Below are positions 37,756-50,949 of a DNA stretch of 64,000 nt, in pieces. The DNA is taken from the NCBI GenBank assembly GCA_026770705.1, contig JANJGN010000031.1, forward strand, positions 10,540,001-10,604,000, in the 5' to 3' direction. The notes under the pieces are model-generated. The model did not search any database, was not told the origin of the DNA, and worked only from the letters and a program-made list of their open reading frames with translations. Positions within the stretch are counted from its first letter, which is position 1, and every line of letters begins with the position of its first letter. This DNA is from Isurus oxyrinchus (Eukaryota). The translations under genes and the position numbers were made by a program.

Positions 37756-38855
37756 ATTATGATCCTGGACCAGACCCCCAAATTGTTGGTACGATTTGGT
37801 TAGGGATCAGTAACTTTTGTTTAAAGTAGACAAAGTTTGAGATCCAAGGCACTTACGAAGAGAATAAATCCATGAGATTGCACACAGTTTCTGAACATAA
37901 ACTTTACTATACAAAATCAGAAAAGTAAAACAATTTACAATTTCTGTCTTATACTCCAACATTCAGAATTAATGAGATACATGTGAATTATCAGGCAAAC
38001 TGTGGCCAAACATACTATACTGCACAATAAATGGCAAATCCAACCAAGACAGGAGCCATGGATTTCTCAGTAACCCACTCAGGCATTAGCATTCGCTGAG
38101 TTACACAGTCTTGTTAGAACTTGTCTCTCTTATGAGAAATTGCAAACCCTTGGTCTTCCCTTTTGAAGATCTAGCCTTGGAATTCTCTCCAAAAGACTCA
38201 GGCTGCCTCAATGACGGCTTACCTCGCAGGGTTTCAATCTTGTTTCCAGAGATTCTGTTCTTTTGGATTCCCGAGTCAGCAGTCCAGCACCAACTCACGG
38301 ACATAACTTCAGCTCTTCAGCCATGCTGAGCAGAACACCACTGCTCCAAAGGGGTACCTTTGCCCCAAAAGCCTGCAACAAGTAAGCACCAACTTTCTGC
38401 TGCCTTTTCACTCTCCAGGGCTTCTCCCAAGCTCTCACTATTTGAAGCCCGCTGAAAGCAGCATTTTTACTGCTTTGAGCCTTTTTGCTCCTCTTCCCAG
38501 GAGTTTCTATCAGTGGTCTCCTCCTCCCAATGGCTCCTTGCCAGTTCTCTCTCCTCCACTGGGACCTCTCCCTGGGCTCCCTCTTTGGGACCTGTGTCCC
38601 CTGACCTGTGCCTCCTCTCTGGTATAGCGCCCCAACTCCTGGGTTGCCTGATAGGGTTTTTGCACCTTTTTTTTCTTCACACTGGTATACTAGCACATGC
38701 CCCCAGTCCAAAGAACTCTTAATACAATGGACTGTGCATGAGCAGCCCACTCCAAATCTGAGCATGTTGCAGGAGAATGCTGGGATTTGTGGTTCCTGGC
38801 TTGCTCTTCAGAATCACTTAAATCAGGTTCCTAAACACCTACAGAGCACATAACA
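37756..38855. mobile_element. Putative solo LTR (~1.1 kb)
   Basis: Ends ATTATG...CATAACA resemble TGTTATG...CATAACA inverted termini; LTR-like composition; no TSD found. Confidence 0.35.
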
Positions 38856-39634
38856 AATTTAATTATTCAGCACCGGATCTGGCTGGATCAGATCAGTCTC
38901 TCAGCACTCAGTGTGCAAAACTACTCACCACTCCACAATAACACAAGAATTAGGAGCAGGACTAGGCCATTCAGCACCCCAACAAGCTTGCTCTGCCGTT
39001 CGATAAGATCAATAGCTGATCTGATTGTGGCCTCAAATCCACTTTCCTGCCTGCCACCCATAACCTTTGACTCCTTTATCAATCAAAAAACCATTGAACT
39101 CAGCCTTGCATAAATTCAATGACCCAGCCTTGTGTTCTCCATTACTCCAGAATGCAAAAAAATTCTTTGGCTTATTTCTCTATTTTCTCTCCAATTTCTC
39201 ATTCCCACTCAAACTTGTTCATGAAACCTACCTTGGTCTCTGCTGACCACCCAACATCCCTTCCTGGCCCCCAGGCTAGTTCATTTTGTAAACGGTCCAT
39301 TCTCCTCAGATACTATCCCACTATCTTTCAAATGTCCAGTGATCGATCACTCCTTTAAAAACTCACCATTTTAACATTGTCCTTGCAAATTACACTCCCC
39401 ATCTTCATTTCCTTTCCAAAGTCCCTGAACAATTTATCACCTCCCAAATCTGTGCCCCCTTTCAGGAGCCAGAGAATCACCTGCAATGGTTAATCTTCCC
39501 ATAGCTCCAAAGTCCTCTTTAGGGTTTATCCTCAAACCCATCTATTTCTTACCCACATGCTACCCCTATGCAAGAACGTCTGATGATGTGATGTCAGATT
39601 GAGAGGTTCCTTTATAAACTATCCCTTGTTACGT

Positions 39635-39685
39635 CGAGTCAGGAAGAAATGCCACACCACGAGTCAGGAAGAAATGCCACACCAC
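39635..39685 (+). repeat. Perfect 25-bp tandem duplication CGAGTCAGGAAGAAATGCCACACCA
   Basis: Two adjacent identical units. Confidence 0.9.
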
Positions 39686-42345
39686 ACGACAAAACAGAAA
39701 AACAGTAAAGGAAGGCAAGCAGATAGCTACGAGAAAGAGAGAAATGATTTGAGGACTGTGCCATGGATCTTAGATCTAGAATCTTAACTGGGACAGGAGC
39801 CAAACGGAGGACAGGTCCTTCACCATCAGTAAGGAGGTGCATTTTAAACTTGGATCCTCGAGAATTTATACTTTTGCTCTATAATTTTGACAAAACAGTC
39901 TCTCACCAGTCATAGAAAACAAGTACAGAAGTAGCCACACGTCATCCATTTATTTGCTCTGGCTGAATCCAGTGTTTTATACAGTAAATAGGGAGTGCAA
40001 TATGTTAGCTGTCACATCCTACAGGAATTACTGGAACTTTAGTGATGTATGGTGTCACATAGCAACAGAGTGAAACAGACAGCAAAGCCATGTCAAAGCG
40101 ATTAGAACCCGAGCTCACATACTCAGCACTCCATATTCTAAACTGGAAGTGTGGCCAGAAACAACAGAACATGAAACACAAAGCAACTTGTGCCAAACCC
40201 ATACATACAATTCAGTCATGGCAGGATCACAGTCAATCCACTATAATCAATATAGCCACAGATAAATCACAATGTATCGTGGCACTGCAGCTGGCTACTG
40301 CAGTACTTGAGACTCTCAAAAGGTGCTCAATAAGAGCAATACAATAAGATTAATGGATCCAATTTATACAGAGCAGGAACAAGCAGGTTTATGCCAATAA
40401 CACTGACCCATACCAGCCAGAAGCGGGTCACAATAGATGAGTAGTTTGTTGTAACAAGCTGCCAAGCTTGACAGCTTAAAGGGATTTATTTTATCCCTCT
40501 CACTTCTCCGTTCCTGGAAAAACAGATGTTAACCAGGGTACGAAAGGTCTGGAATCCCTCTAGTATTCTTTAGGGGTAATATTCTTGCATTGGAGTCAGC
40601 ATGTTGTGGGTTCATGTCCCACTTCAGAAACTTAAGCACAAAATCATGACCGACACTCCAGTTCCATACTCAGGGAGTGCTGCAGTGTTGGAATTGCGAT
40701 TTATTGTACGAGATATTAAACCAAAACCCCATGTACTATCCCTTCTGAATGCTAAAGATCCCATGGCACTATTCAAAATAGCAGGGAGTTCTCATGGCCA
40801 ATATTTCTCCTTCAATCAATATCGCTAAGGCATATTATGTGGTCATCATTAAATCGCTGTTTGTGGGAACTTGCTATGTACAAATTGACTGCCACATTTT
40901 CTAATTACAACAGTGGTTATACTTCATTAGTACTCATTGGCTGTAAAAGGCTTCTGGATATCCTGAGATAATGTTATTCAGAATCTAAACAGAAGTTTTT
41001 CTTTTCCGTATCACATAAAAGCCTCTTACTCATGCATAAACTTCTGCACTGTATCAGGATGTTATTTGAACATGGGGCACTTAGGCCAAATGCAGCTCTA
41101 ACATCTACATATCCATGTTCCAGCAGCAGTCACTGACTTAGTGGTCAGGAATAAAGATTGATTCCTCTCCTTCGCCAGGGACAGGCCTCTGTCATGCTTT
41201 AACTGGTATCCTGGGTTGAGGTCTCGCTGTTGAGCTTTGACTAGGTATTAAACTGGAGACTTTCCTGCTTTGTATGGCTCAGCTAATCAACTTACAGAGT
41301 CATCAGAGGGTTTCATTTCATCTTGAACACCGTTTTAGTACTAGGATGCAAAGCAGCATCACAGTGCAGCCAATTCCAAAAATAAAAGCTAACAAAACCT
41401 TGTTTGAGAAAAAAAGGACAGTGAAATTGGCATAGTCAAACAATGAGTTGGATAAAATCATCCTTGTATAAAAGTCACAACAACTCTCACACCCCCGCCC
41501 CCAAGCTGATTAAGACAATGAACAGACCAAGTAGGTAGGTACTAGACTCAATCCATATTGATGCCAACATCCTTTAGCCAAAGCAGTGGTAGAGTTCTTA
41601 CAAAAGGCCTCTCAATATTCCCAGAAAAAGGAAGAGTCAGTAAATATAGAGAGCACACTCCGGTCACTCATTCTGCACGGGCAGCAGGGAACTAGAGGAT
41701 CAGATTACACCCAACAGCGGCCAAAAAGGTACAAGTGCAAGAGGGCGACTGGAATACCCCTGCACGATAAAACGGAGGGGGAGAAAGAAAAATGCTGATA
41801 CTACTTGAGAGTAGTCGCTTTCTTGTGCATTTCAAAAATGAAAAGCATCGTCGGACTAACTCAAAACATAAATTAATGTAGACTATCCCCTACAAGATCA
41901 GGGGCTGCCCCAGTACAAGTCAGGGAGCTAGAGCCGCAGCGCCCTTTCTCTGCCCATCGATCGATGGAATCCCTCGTCTCAGCAGCAGCCCCGAGGAAGG
42001 CTCTGTCCCAAATCTGTTTTCCCCGGGGCACGTGGTTAATTCGACCGGCCACAGGTCCATGAACACCCCTTCCCCCTTCCTTCCCCCAGCTAGGTCAGCG
42101 GGGCCCGCCCGACAGCCGATTACGAGCCTGGGCCTGGAAGTCAATCTTCACCCTTACCCCTTGCTCGGCCGGCCCATTACCCGACCCCGCAGCAACAAAG
42201 GCCTGCGGCCTACTCCACGCGGGGGGAGGAGGGGGGGAGGGAGGGGGGAAGCCTCGGCCAGGACACATACAAAGGGACTGGGGGTTCGCTCAGGGCCAAG
42301 GCAGGAGGCCGCGCTTTACCATTTAAAAACCCCGCTCCCCCTCAC

Positions 42346-42440
42346 CGGACTTCACCCCGTTCATTTTTGTTTTACCGTTTTCTTTCCCTCCGTCCCGCTC
42401 TCAAGCACCCGCGGAACTCCGCGCCTGCGCAGCTCCCAAA
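42346..42440 (-). other. SRSF7: Probable non-coding exon 1 of the SRSF7-like gene (donor ambiguous)
   Basis: Lies just downstream of the promoter motifs; candidate donors CCG|GTGAGG (exon end 42346) and ACG|GTAAAA (exon end 42376). Confidence 0.6.
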
Positions 42441-42720
42441 GGCCGGGCGGCTCAGTGCATGCGCGGTTGGTCATCCAAAAAAGTGGGGGGAGGGGCGGGG
42501 GGAGGAGGAGGAGGAGGACGCGGTCAGGAGCATGCGCAGTGCGGGTGGCTCCGTCACGGAGTCGGCGAAGCCGCTGATTGGCGCGCAAAAAATCAGGCGG
42601 GAAGCGAGCGCCCGAATTTGGGTTCGAGGCCCAAAGTGGGCTCAGTGCTGTGCCGTTGTCCAACTTTAATGAATGTCCCAAGGCAATTGGCTGGAAAGTG
42701 ATCGCCCAGTCTGGTAAGCG
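42420..42720 (-). promoter_or_regulatory. CpG-island promoter of the SRSF7-like gene
   Basis: NRF1-like GCGCCTGCGCA (42421), GTGCATGCGC (~42455), GCATGCGCA (42530); GC box GGGGCGGGG (~42492); CCAAT boxes ATTGG (~42577, ~42686). Confidence 0.75.
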
Positions 42721-43139
42721 GTTAAATTGGGAACAGGGGCGGCCTAAACAACTTCTTCTTTAGGCTTCTCCCAATTTTACTTGGGGGGGGGTCGATGGCC
42801 ACAATGTCGGTTGATCCATCCATCCATCCATCCATCCATCTCCATCTCCTCCTGTCAGCCACCCATTCCCTTTCCAACTCCGCTGCGCTTAGGCCTTCGT
42901 CTCCTCCTCCTTCCGAGCAGCCCCATCTCCATCACTTACCTCACCGCATTTGCCCTCTCTCTCTCTCTCTGCGCAACAGAGGACCATATCCATTTTGATC
43001 TCTTCTCAGCTATTTTCTTCCGTCGTGCTTCCACAGTCTTCACTGACTGTTCTCCCCCCCCCCCCCCACCCCTTCACCCCTTGCTGGCTCCTGATCTTGT
43101 CCTTTCTGGTCACTCCACACATCCATCTCAGCAGCCGCA

Positions 43140-43420
43140 ACTCATAAGTATCCAGTTGTTGTTCCTCTCTTCTTGATGTTGCCTAAGTTTCTGCACTGTA
43201 TAGCAAGGCCAGTCTCACAACTGTCCTGTAGGATCCTTCTGTTCAGTTGCAACAATATTTTTCTGTCACATAAAACTCCACTGCACTTCTTCCAATTACT
43301 CCAACCAGAGCTAACCTGTTGCTGAATTTCCACTTTCATATTGTGCCACAACTGACCCCTGGTACTTGAAACTACTCACTTTACCCAGGTTCAAACCGAC
43401 AGTCGATATCTTGGGGCCAT
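43140..43420 (-). mobile_element. RTE-clade LINE fragment
   Basis: EIQQQVSSGWSNWKKCSGVLCDRKI motif. Confidence 0.65.
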
Positions 43421-44370
43421 GAGGAGGCTGCCTCCACATTTAAGTAAATACTTTTTAAACATTCATCTTTTTTTTGGTGGCAGCCTGCAGGGGGTAGCGG
43501 ATTCATCACATTCACCCTGAGGCTAACTTTTGGATTTCAGGTTCACTGCAAATAAAGGGTTCAAAATACATGTGGGCAGAGGGCAAATTTGCCCTTGGAA
43601 AGCCCCCCCCCCAAAAAACCCTGTAAAATTCAATCACGAGAGCAACCGCTGAAAGAAAAGTCGCCCCCATAACATGGGAGAGACAGAAATCTGTGAGGAG
43701 CTGCTCCTCCAGTCATAGATTTCTGTCTCTCCTGCTCTTCCTCCGGGGACAGAATCTGTGATTGGAAGAGCAGCAAGGGTAGGAGACATTGGTGGGGGGG
43801 GGGACTTTTTTCTCAAACGTTGGAAAAGCTGTCCCATTGAGTAACCGTTAGGGGGATTGCTGTTACTCTTTTCCATCAGCCTCTCTCTATTTCAAATTCA
43901 GCGGCAATGGTAGCCCATCAAACTCAGCCAATTTATCGACAGGCAGCGTACCATTATCAGGTAGGAATTTGTGTTATCCAAATGGTATTCTGTCTGTTTT
44001 GCGAAACAGTGAAGGAAGTTCTGTTGTTTTCAAGAGGTTTGGATTTTATAAATGCACGCTCCTGGCATGGGGCTTGGTGAGCCCATTAGTTGTGGAGTTA
44101 GCACAATCTTTGGGACTTTTTATTTCAATGGATGAAACATCCTGTTGATTCTAAATTCCTAAAATATACCTTTTTTTCCCTTTTCAATATCTTATTAAAA
44201 TGACAGAAAATGGTGAATATATAGTAATCTAATACACAGAGAAATGTAACTTCCATGATTATTGTTGTTTTTTAATTTCATGAAAGAAGAGGGTTTTGTG
44301 TGTATATGTTCTAATTTGCTTATGAATGGGACTCCTATCTTTAGGGTATTGAGAGTGGCAACCAAGGCTG

Positions 44371-47300
44371 TTTGTTTTTTATCTTTGTGTTTAATTGACT
44401 GCCACTCCTCTTCAAGAAATGCTTACCTTGAAGAAGTTTTGTTTGTCTCTGCGACAAGATTTCTGTATCTCTCCTTTGGCTTGTTCACCTTCATTGCTTT
44501 CCATTTCTCTCCTGGTGTTTGACAAGGTGTTTACTAAAACCCGCTTTCACAGCCATATCTCCTTTCTCAGTGACTGTCTCCGTCTCCGACTTACCCCACG
44601 TGGATTTCAACTGAAATTCCATCCCTCTTGTTTCGAACCCACCCAAGATTACAGGTATCTCCGGGACATAAAACGTTTCTCGGACTGCTGTTCCCATCAC
44701 ATTCTGACATCCACACTCAGTGCCATGTGCCGCCATATTAACACACTCGACCTCTCCCTCCAGCAGCACTGCCGCACCCTTTTTCAAAGCTGCGCGTGCC
44801 CCCAGTTTCACTTTATTCTTCGTCTCATCCGACGCCTCAACAAGAAACTTTTTCTCTTTCAAGTGCTAAGGAATGCAAGCTCCAACAACTCATCGACACC
44901 AACATCCATCTAGGACCCTCCACCCCTGCCTGTCCCTCCGTCCCCACTCCATCTTCCAATCCCAGCCCCGGCTGTGTATTCACTATACCCCCTGACCTTC
45001 CCCTCTCCGACGCTGAATGTTCAGTGCTCAGCAAAGGACTTAGTTTCATACCCTTACGCCCTCATCTCAATGAATATCTGGCTCGGCACGATGCTGAACT
45101 CTCCTTCCACCATCTTTGTCTCCGTGCTCACTTCTTTGGGCAGGAGTCCTCTCCCTGTTCAACGGATCCTTTTACCCACCTCCAATATTCTCCCTCCACC
45201 TGGACCCCTCCCTCTGGATTCTTACCTTCTCTTGATCTTTTCATTGAGAACTGTCGGTGTGACATTAGTCGTCTCAATTTCTCTGCTCCTCTCACCCATT
45301 CTAATCTGTCTCTCTCTGAATTTACTGCACTCCGTTCTCTCAGGTCCAACCCCAACATTGTCATCAAACCCGCTGACAAGGGTGGTGCTGTTGTTGTTTG
45401 GCGCACTGACCTCTACCTCGCGGAGGCTGAGCGTCAACTCGCAGACACTTCTTCCTACCTCTCCCTGGACCATGACCCCACCACTGAACATCAAGCCATT
45501 GTTTCTAGGACTGTCACTGACCTCATCTCCTCTGGAGATCTTCCTCCCACAGCTTCCAACCTGATAGTCGCCCAAACTCGGATGGCCCGCTTCTACCTCC
45601 TACCCAAAATTCACAAACAGAACTGTCCCGGTAGACTGATCGTGTCAGCCTGTTCCTGCCCCAGGGAACTCATTTCTCGCTATCTTGACTCCCTTCTCTC
45701 TCCCCTTGTCCAGTCCTTTCCCACCTACATTCGTGATTCCTCTGACACTTACGTCACATCAACAATTTCCAGTTCTCTGGCCCCAACCGCTTCCTCTTCA
45801 CCATGGATGTCCAATCCCTCTACACCTCCATACCCCACCAGGATGGTCTGAGGGCCCTTAGCTTCTTCCTCGAACAGAGGCCCGAACAATCCCCATCCAC
45901 CACTACTCTCTCCGTCTGGCTGAACTTGTTCTCACACTGAACAATTTCTCCTTCAACTCCTCTCACTTCCTCCAAATAAAAGGTGTGGCTATGGGTACCC
46001 GCATGGGCCCCAGCTATGCCTGTCTCTTTATGGGGTATGTGGAACTTTCCTCGTTCCAGTCCTACTCTGGCCCCCTCCCACAACTCTTTCTCCGGTCCAT
46101 CGATGATTACTTCGGTGCTGCCTCATGGTCTTGTTGGGACTTGGAAAAATTTATTAATTTTGCTTCCAATCTCCACCCCTCCATCATTTTCACATGGTGC
46201 ATCTCTGACACTTCCCTTCCCTTCCTTGACCTCTCTGTCTCAATTTCTGGTGATAGACTGTCCACCAATATCCATTACAAGCCTACCGACTCCCACAGCT
46301 ACCTCGACTACAGCTCCTCACACCCCGCTTCCTGTAAGGACTCTAACCCATTCTCTCAGTTCCTTCGCTTCCGTCGCATCTGTTCTGATGATGCTACCTT
46401 CAAAAACAGTTCCTCTGACATGTCCTCCTTCTTCCTTAACCGAGGTTTTCCACCCACGGTCGTTGACAGGGCCCTCAACTGTGTCCGGCCCATCTCCCGT
46501 GCATCCGCCCTCACGCCTTCTCCTCCCTCCCAGAAACATGATAGGGTCCCCCTTGTCCTCACTTATCACCCCACCAGCCTCCGCATTCAAAGGATCATCC
46601 TCCGCCATTTCCACCAACTCCAGCATGATGCCACCACCAAACACATCTTCCCTTCACCCCCCCCAACCCCCCCCCCCCACCCCCCCGGCGGTATTCCGTA
46701 GGGATCGTTTCCTCCGTGACACCCTGGTCCACTCCTCCATCACCCCCTACTCCTCAACTCCTATCTATGGCACCTCCCCATGCCCACGCAAAAGATGCGA
46801 CACCTGCCCCTTCACTTCCTCTCTCCTCACCATCCAAGGGCCCAAACACTCCTTTCAAGTGAAGCAGCATTTCACTTGCATTTCCCCCAACTTAATCTAC
46901 TGTATTCGTTGTTCCCAATGCGGTCTTCTCTACATTGGAGAGACCAAACGTAAACTGGGCAACCGCTTTGCAGAACACCTGAGGTCTGTCCACAAGAAAG
47001 ACCCAAACCTCCCTGTAGTTTGCCATTTTAACACTCCACCATGCTCTCTTGCCCACATGTCTGTTCTTGGCATTGTTCCAGTGAAGCCCAACGCAAACTG
47101 GAGGAACAGCACCTCATCTTCTGACTAGGCACTTTACAGCCTTCCAGACTGAATATTGAATTCAACAACTTTAGATCTTGAACTCCCTCCTCCATCCCCA
47201 CCTCTTTTCCGTTTCTTCCCCCTTCCTTTTGTTTTTTCCAATAATTTATATAGATTTTTCTTTTCCCACCTATTTCCATTATTTTTAAATCTTTTATGCC

Positions 47301-47513
47301 CTGCTAGTCTTTCCACCCCACCCCCACTAGAGCTGTACCTTGAGTGCCCTGCCATCCATTCTTAATTAGCACATTCGTTTAGATAATATCACCACCTTCA
47401 ACACTTCTTTGTTCCTTTGTCTGTGACATCTTTTAATTATCTGCTCCTATCACTGCTTGCTTGTCCCTACAACCACAATAACCCCCCCACCTCTTCTCTC
47501 TCTCCCCCACCGA

Positions 47514-47544
<31 letters not shown>

Positions 47545-47748
47545 CCACCCCCACCTTAAACCAGCTTATATTTTACCCCTCTTCTAATATTCAATCAGTT
47601 CTGTTGAAGGGTCATGAAGACTCGAAAAGTCAACTCTTTTCTTCTCCGCCAATGCTGCCAGACCTGCTGAGTTTATCCAGCTAATTCTGTATTTGTTTTG
47701 GATTTCCAGCGTCTGCAGTTTTTTGTTTTTGTTTTTATCTCTGTTTTT
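44371..47748 (+). mobile_element. Near full-length Penelope-like element (ORF ~44419-47181, disrupted)
   Basis: N-terminal FLSDCLRLRLTPRGF; RT with YIDD changed to SIDD; GIY-YIG YCIRCSQCGLLYIGETKR; frameshifts; hammerhead-like motif at 47596-47636; short terminal direct repeat TTTGTTTTT(T)ATCT. Confidence 0.93.
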
Positions 47749-48519
47749 TCCCTGTCTTGTGATAGGGAGATTGACTGTGATCTTCCTGATTGATTTGGAC
47801 TAACTTGGTGTCATAATTAGTGCTGTGATCTTCATAGGATCTTCTTGAGTGAGTTTTGGAGACATGGAAAAGAGAATGATGTGGGCTTCTTCACTTAGTT
47901 TGAAAGTGTCAATCTATTTTGAAAAAGGAAATGATTACCATTAAATGCATAATAAATAGCACACATTTTCCTTGCGATCTTAAATTGTACCTGTTGGGAG
48001 ATGCATCAGGTTTGTGCATGTTGCATGAGGAAAAGTACAGAGTTTATCATGTCATTTTGAAGCAGTAGAAATAGCACAAGAAGGGGTGTCAAGGAAGAAT
48101 TTTTGCTAAATATTCTACTTTTGTGCTCCTGACGTATTAATTGCACTTGGTACACGACTTCCTTAGGCAGGGTTTTAAAAGTTACAGGGATAAGTAAGAT
48201 AGCAATATGGCCTCTTAAAGGGCAGAATTTTCCATTTATGAGACTAAGTGCGGTGGCGGACGGTTTCGGTGGTACCTGCCCCGCTGGCCGGAATGGCAGG
48301 AACACGCGCCCAATTCCGTGCTTGGAGGGTCATTAATTATGCACAGGTAAGTATCGGGCCAAATCACCTGGCGGGTCAGGAGCTGATTTGTCCGTCCAGC
48401 ATCATCTGGTGGGGTCGAAGGTCCAGGCGCCATATTTAAAAGCCAGTCCAACACATAATCTCACTCTCTCCAGCCCACCTATCTTGTGGACAGTTGTAGA
48501 GGTGTCTTGCAGCCAGAAG

Positions 48520-50182
48520 AGGAAGGCTGAGAGCCTCAAGAAGAAGGCAGCACTCCGCTTCACCCACCAGGCCCTCCAGGCCTTGATCAGAGGAGTGCAG
48601 GCACGCAGGCAAGTGCTCTATCCCAGGGACAGCTGCAGGAAGCACAGCAGTCTCACCTTTTTGGCCTGAGAGGCCATCGCAGAGCGGGTCAGCACAGCTG
48701 GTGACTGTGCCCAAAATGCTATCCAGTGCAGGAAGAGGATGAATGATCTCATCCACTCTGCCCGGGTAAGTCATCCTTCAACTCCCTCCAATATCAAACT
48801 CTCATCATGCACTCAAATGGCTACTCTCTTCAGAGATCTCACACACTATTAGTGGGGGACATATATCGACACTCATTCTCTCACCGAGACTTTCACATCA
48901 TCACCGTCCCATCTATCATGTTGTTTACACTCCATCCTCTGGCTTGTCTGGGGAGGGCTCACCACACACGGGGTCATGCATCTCACCCTGCCTCTGCTCT
49001 GTCCTTTCTCGTCACAGGCCTTTCTTTCTTTTTCATACAGGCCAAGCTGGCACACAACAGGCTTGAGAGATCGCAGACTGGGGGACGGAAGGCCGACATC
49101 ATTGCCCTCACTGTGCAGTTGAGCTGGCTGGATGGACAGGGAAGTCTCCTGTGGGGAATGGGAGATCGGCCTCTCCCAGCAATCTTGTACAGATTACAGT
49201 TTCATCACCTCATCAAATCCTGACAATCACAGTGAGTCACATGCAGTCTTATATGGTTCATGCTCATTAACTGAAACTCTATTTTCTAGGCACCAGCAGA
49301 TTGAGGCCCCCAAGCCAGTCGAGCACCAGCGCCCCCAGCCACATCCGAACAGAAAGCTCTGGAAGAACTTTCACGCTGCTCATATGCACCCTCCACCAGC
49401 TCAAAGACATACATGTCAGTGGAACACAGCTATAAATTAGGCTTGGCCTCACTTTCTGGAGAACATCTCACTGACGCGTCCCCGCAGCAGTCGGAGGGAG
49501 GGACAGCTCAGGTCTCTGGAGGGCTGCTGGAGACCAGCCACCCGCTCAGTCCGAATCAGATGATGAGCCTCTGGAAGCAGCCGCCAACTCAATGCTGGAG
49601 ATGCAACGACAGGCGGCAGAACATCAGGCAGAGATTCAACAGTTACTCAGCAGACTAGAGCATATGATGGAGGAGTCCACCTGTGTACTGTCTGATGTCG
49701 CGGCTCCGACATGCAATCGTCTCGAGGTCACCTTGGGGAGGCTGGTGACCACCATGGAGACATTGGTGCAGCAATCCATGGCCACGCACCCTGGTGGGCA
49801 AAATCAAGACGTAGGCGACATGAGGACAAGGCATCTTGACCTCCCTCCAAGTGCACCATCTCCTGCAGTAGTCAGGGCAGGGCCCTCGGGCACCCACAGG
49901 GCGGATGAGCGTCAGCTGGACACCCTGGGGCTCTCCTCTCAGGACAAGGGTTTGCAGCTGCTCACAGCCCCCTCTGCTTATGACCCCTTCCACTGCAGCT
50001 TCTCAGACCACCAAGGGGCTTTTACCTCTGGGCAGGTGACCCTTTTCAGGCCGGGGCCCTCCAGGCCTCAGGCTACCAGAGGACATCTGCCCAGATTATC
50101 ACAGACATCAGGATATAGCAGTCAGCAGGCCACTTCCACCTCTACTGCGGAGGTCGGGACTGCACCCAGATGTTGCATTTGA
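48520..50182 (+). pseudogene. Harbinger Myb/SANT-like DNA-binding gene (spliced, disrupted)
   Basis: RFTHQALQALIRGVQARRQVLYP...A*EAIAERVS...QCRKRMNDLIHSAR, then a GT-AG intron at 48766-49040, then AKLAHNRLERSQTGG. Confidence 0.75.
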
Positions 50183-50949
50183 GTTAGGAAAGTTAATAAA
50201 AATCAATGTCACTTTTGGGTCACGGGTGTGTTATACATGGAAAGAATACATTTTGTGAATACATTTGACGGTTATGTGAATGTTTTGGGCAACTGAAGGC
50301 GTTGTGATTTTGGAACCCTCTCATTTTGAGGTTTAGCTCTCCTCCCACTCAGTGATAGTGTCCCACTGTGAGATTCACATTCCTGTGATGTTAACCTATG
50401 TTGAACCAGTATCTGCATCCTTGTGTGATGTCAGGGAGATGTGTTTAAATTTTGATTGGCAGTGTGTGATGTAAGCATTTTTAACCCTTCTTCCTCAAGG
50501 AACATCATTGAGTGAGGGCAGCTTATCAGCATTGATATTCTAGAAATATTTGCGTCTCCTCAGTGGTAGTGGCAGAAGCAAAGACATGCACGGGTTGAGG
50601 AGATCCCTAGGCCTGTTCACGTCTCAGTCACAGCAGTGTTTGCAACATTAGATGGTGGCGAAGGCTTCAAGTCTTCTCTCACAACGCTCTTGTTCTTAAA
50701 TGGACTCTCAGTTCCCAGAGTGAGCTCACTCACAGGGCCCACGGGCCAAAGCAAAGATCATGATCTGCTGGTTCATGAGGCCAGAACGCGCAATTGTAAA
50801 TGCAGGACTTGTTCTCCCTGCAAGTGGCTGGACAACCCCTGAGTTGAAAGTAAATGGCATTGAGGGCTAGGAGAAATGCGGCCATATTCCCTCACTTAAT
50901 TTTACTCTTCCTGGAACCTGTCAGCAATTAATGTATCATAGGCATGTCT

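Noticed and set aside
42032-42701. Several 80-181 aa ORFs
   Set aside because: Stop-poor CpG-island sequence with no recognisable homology.
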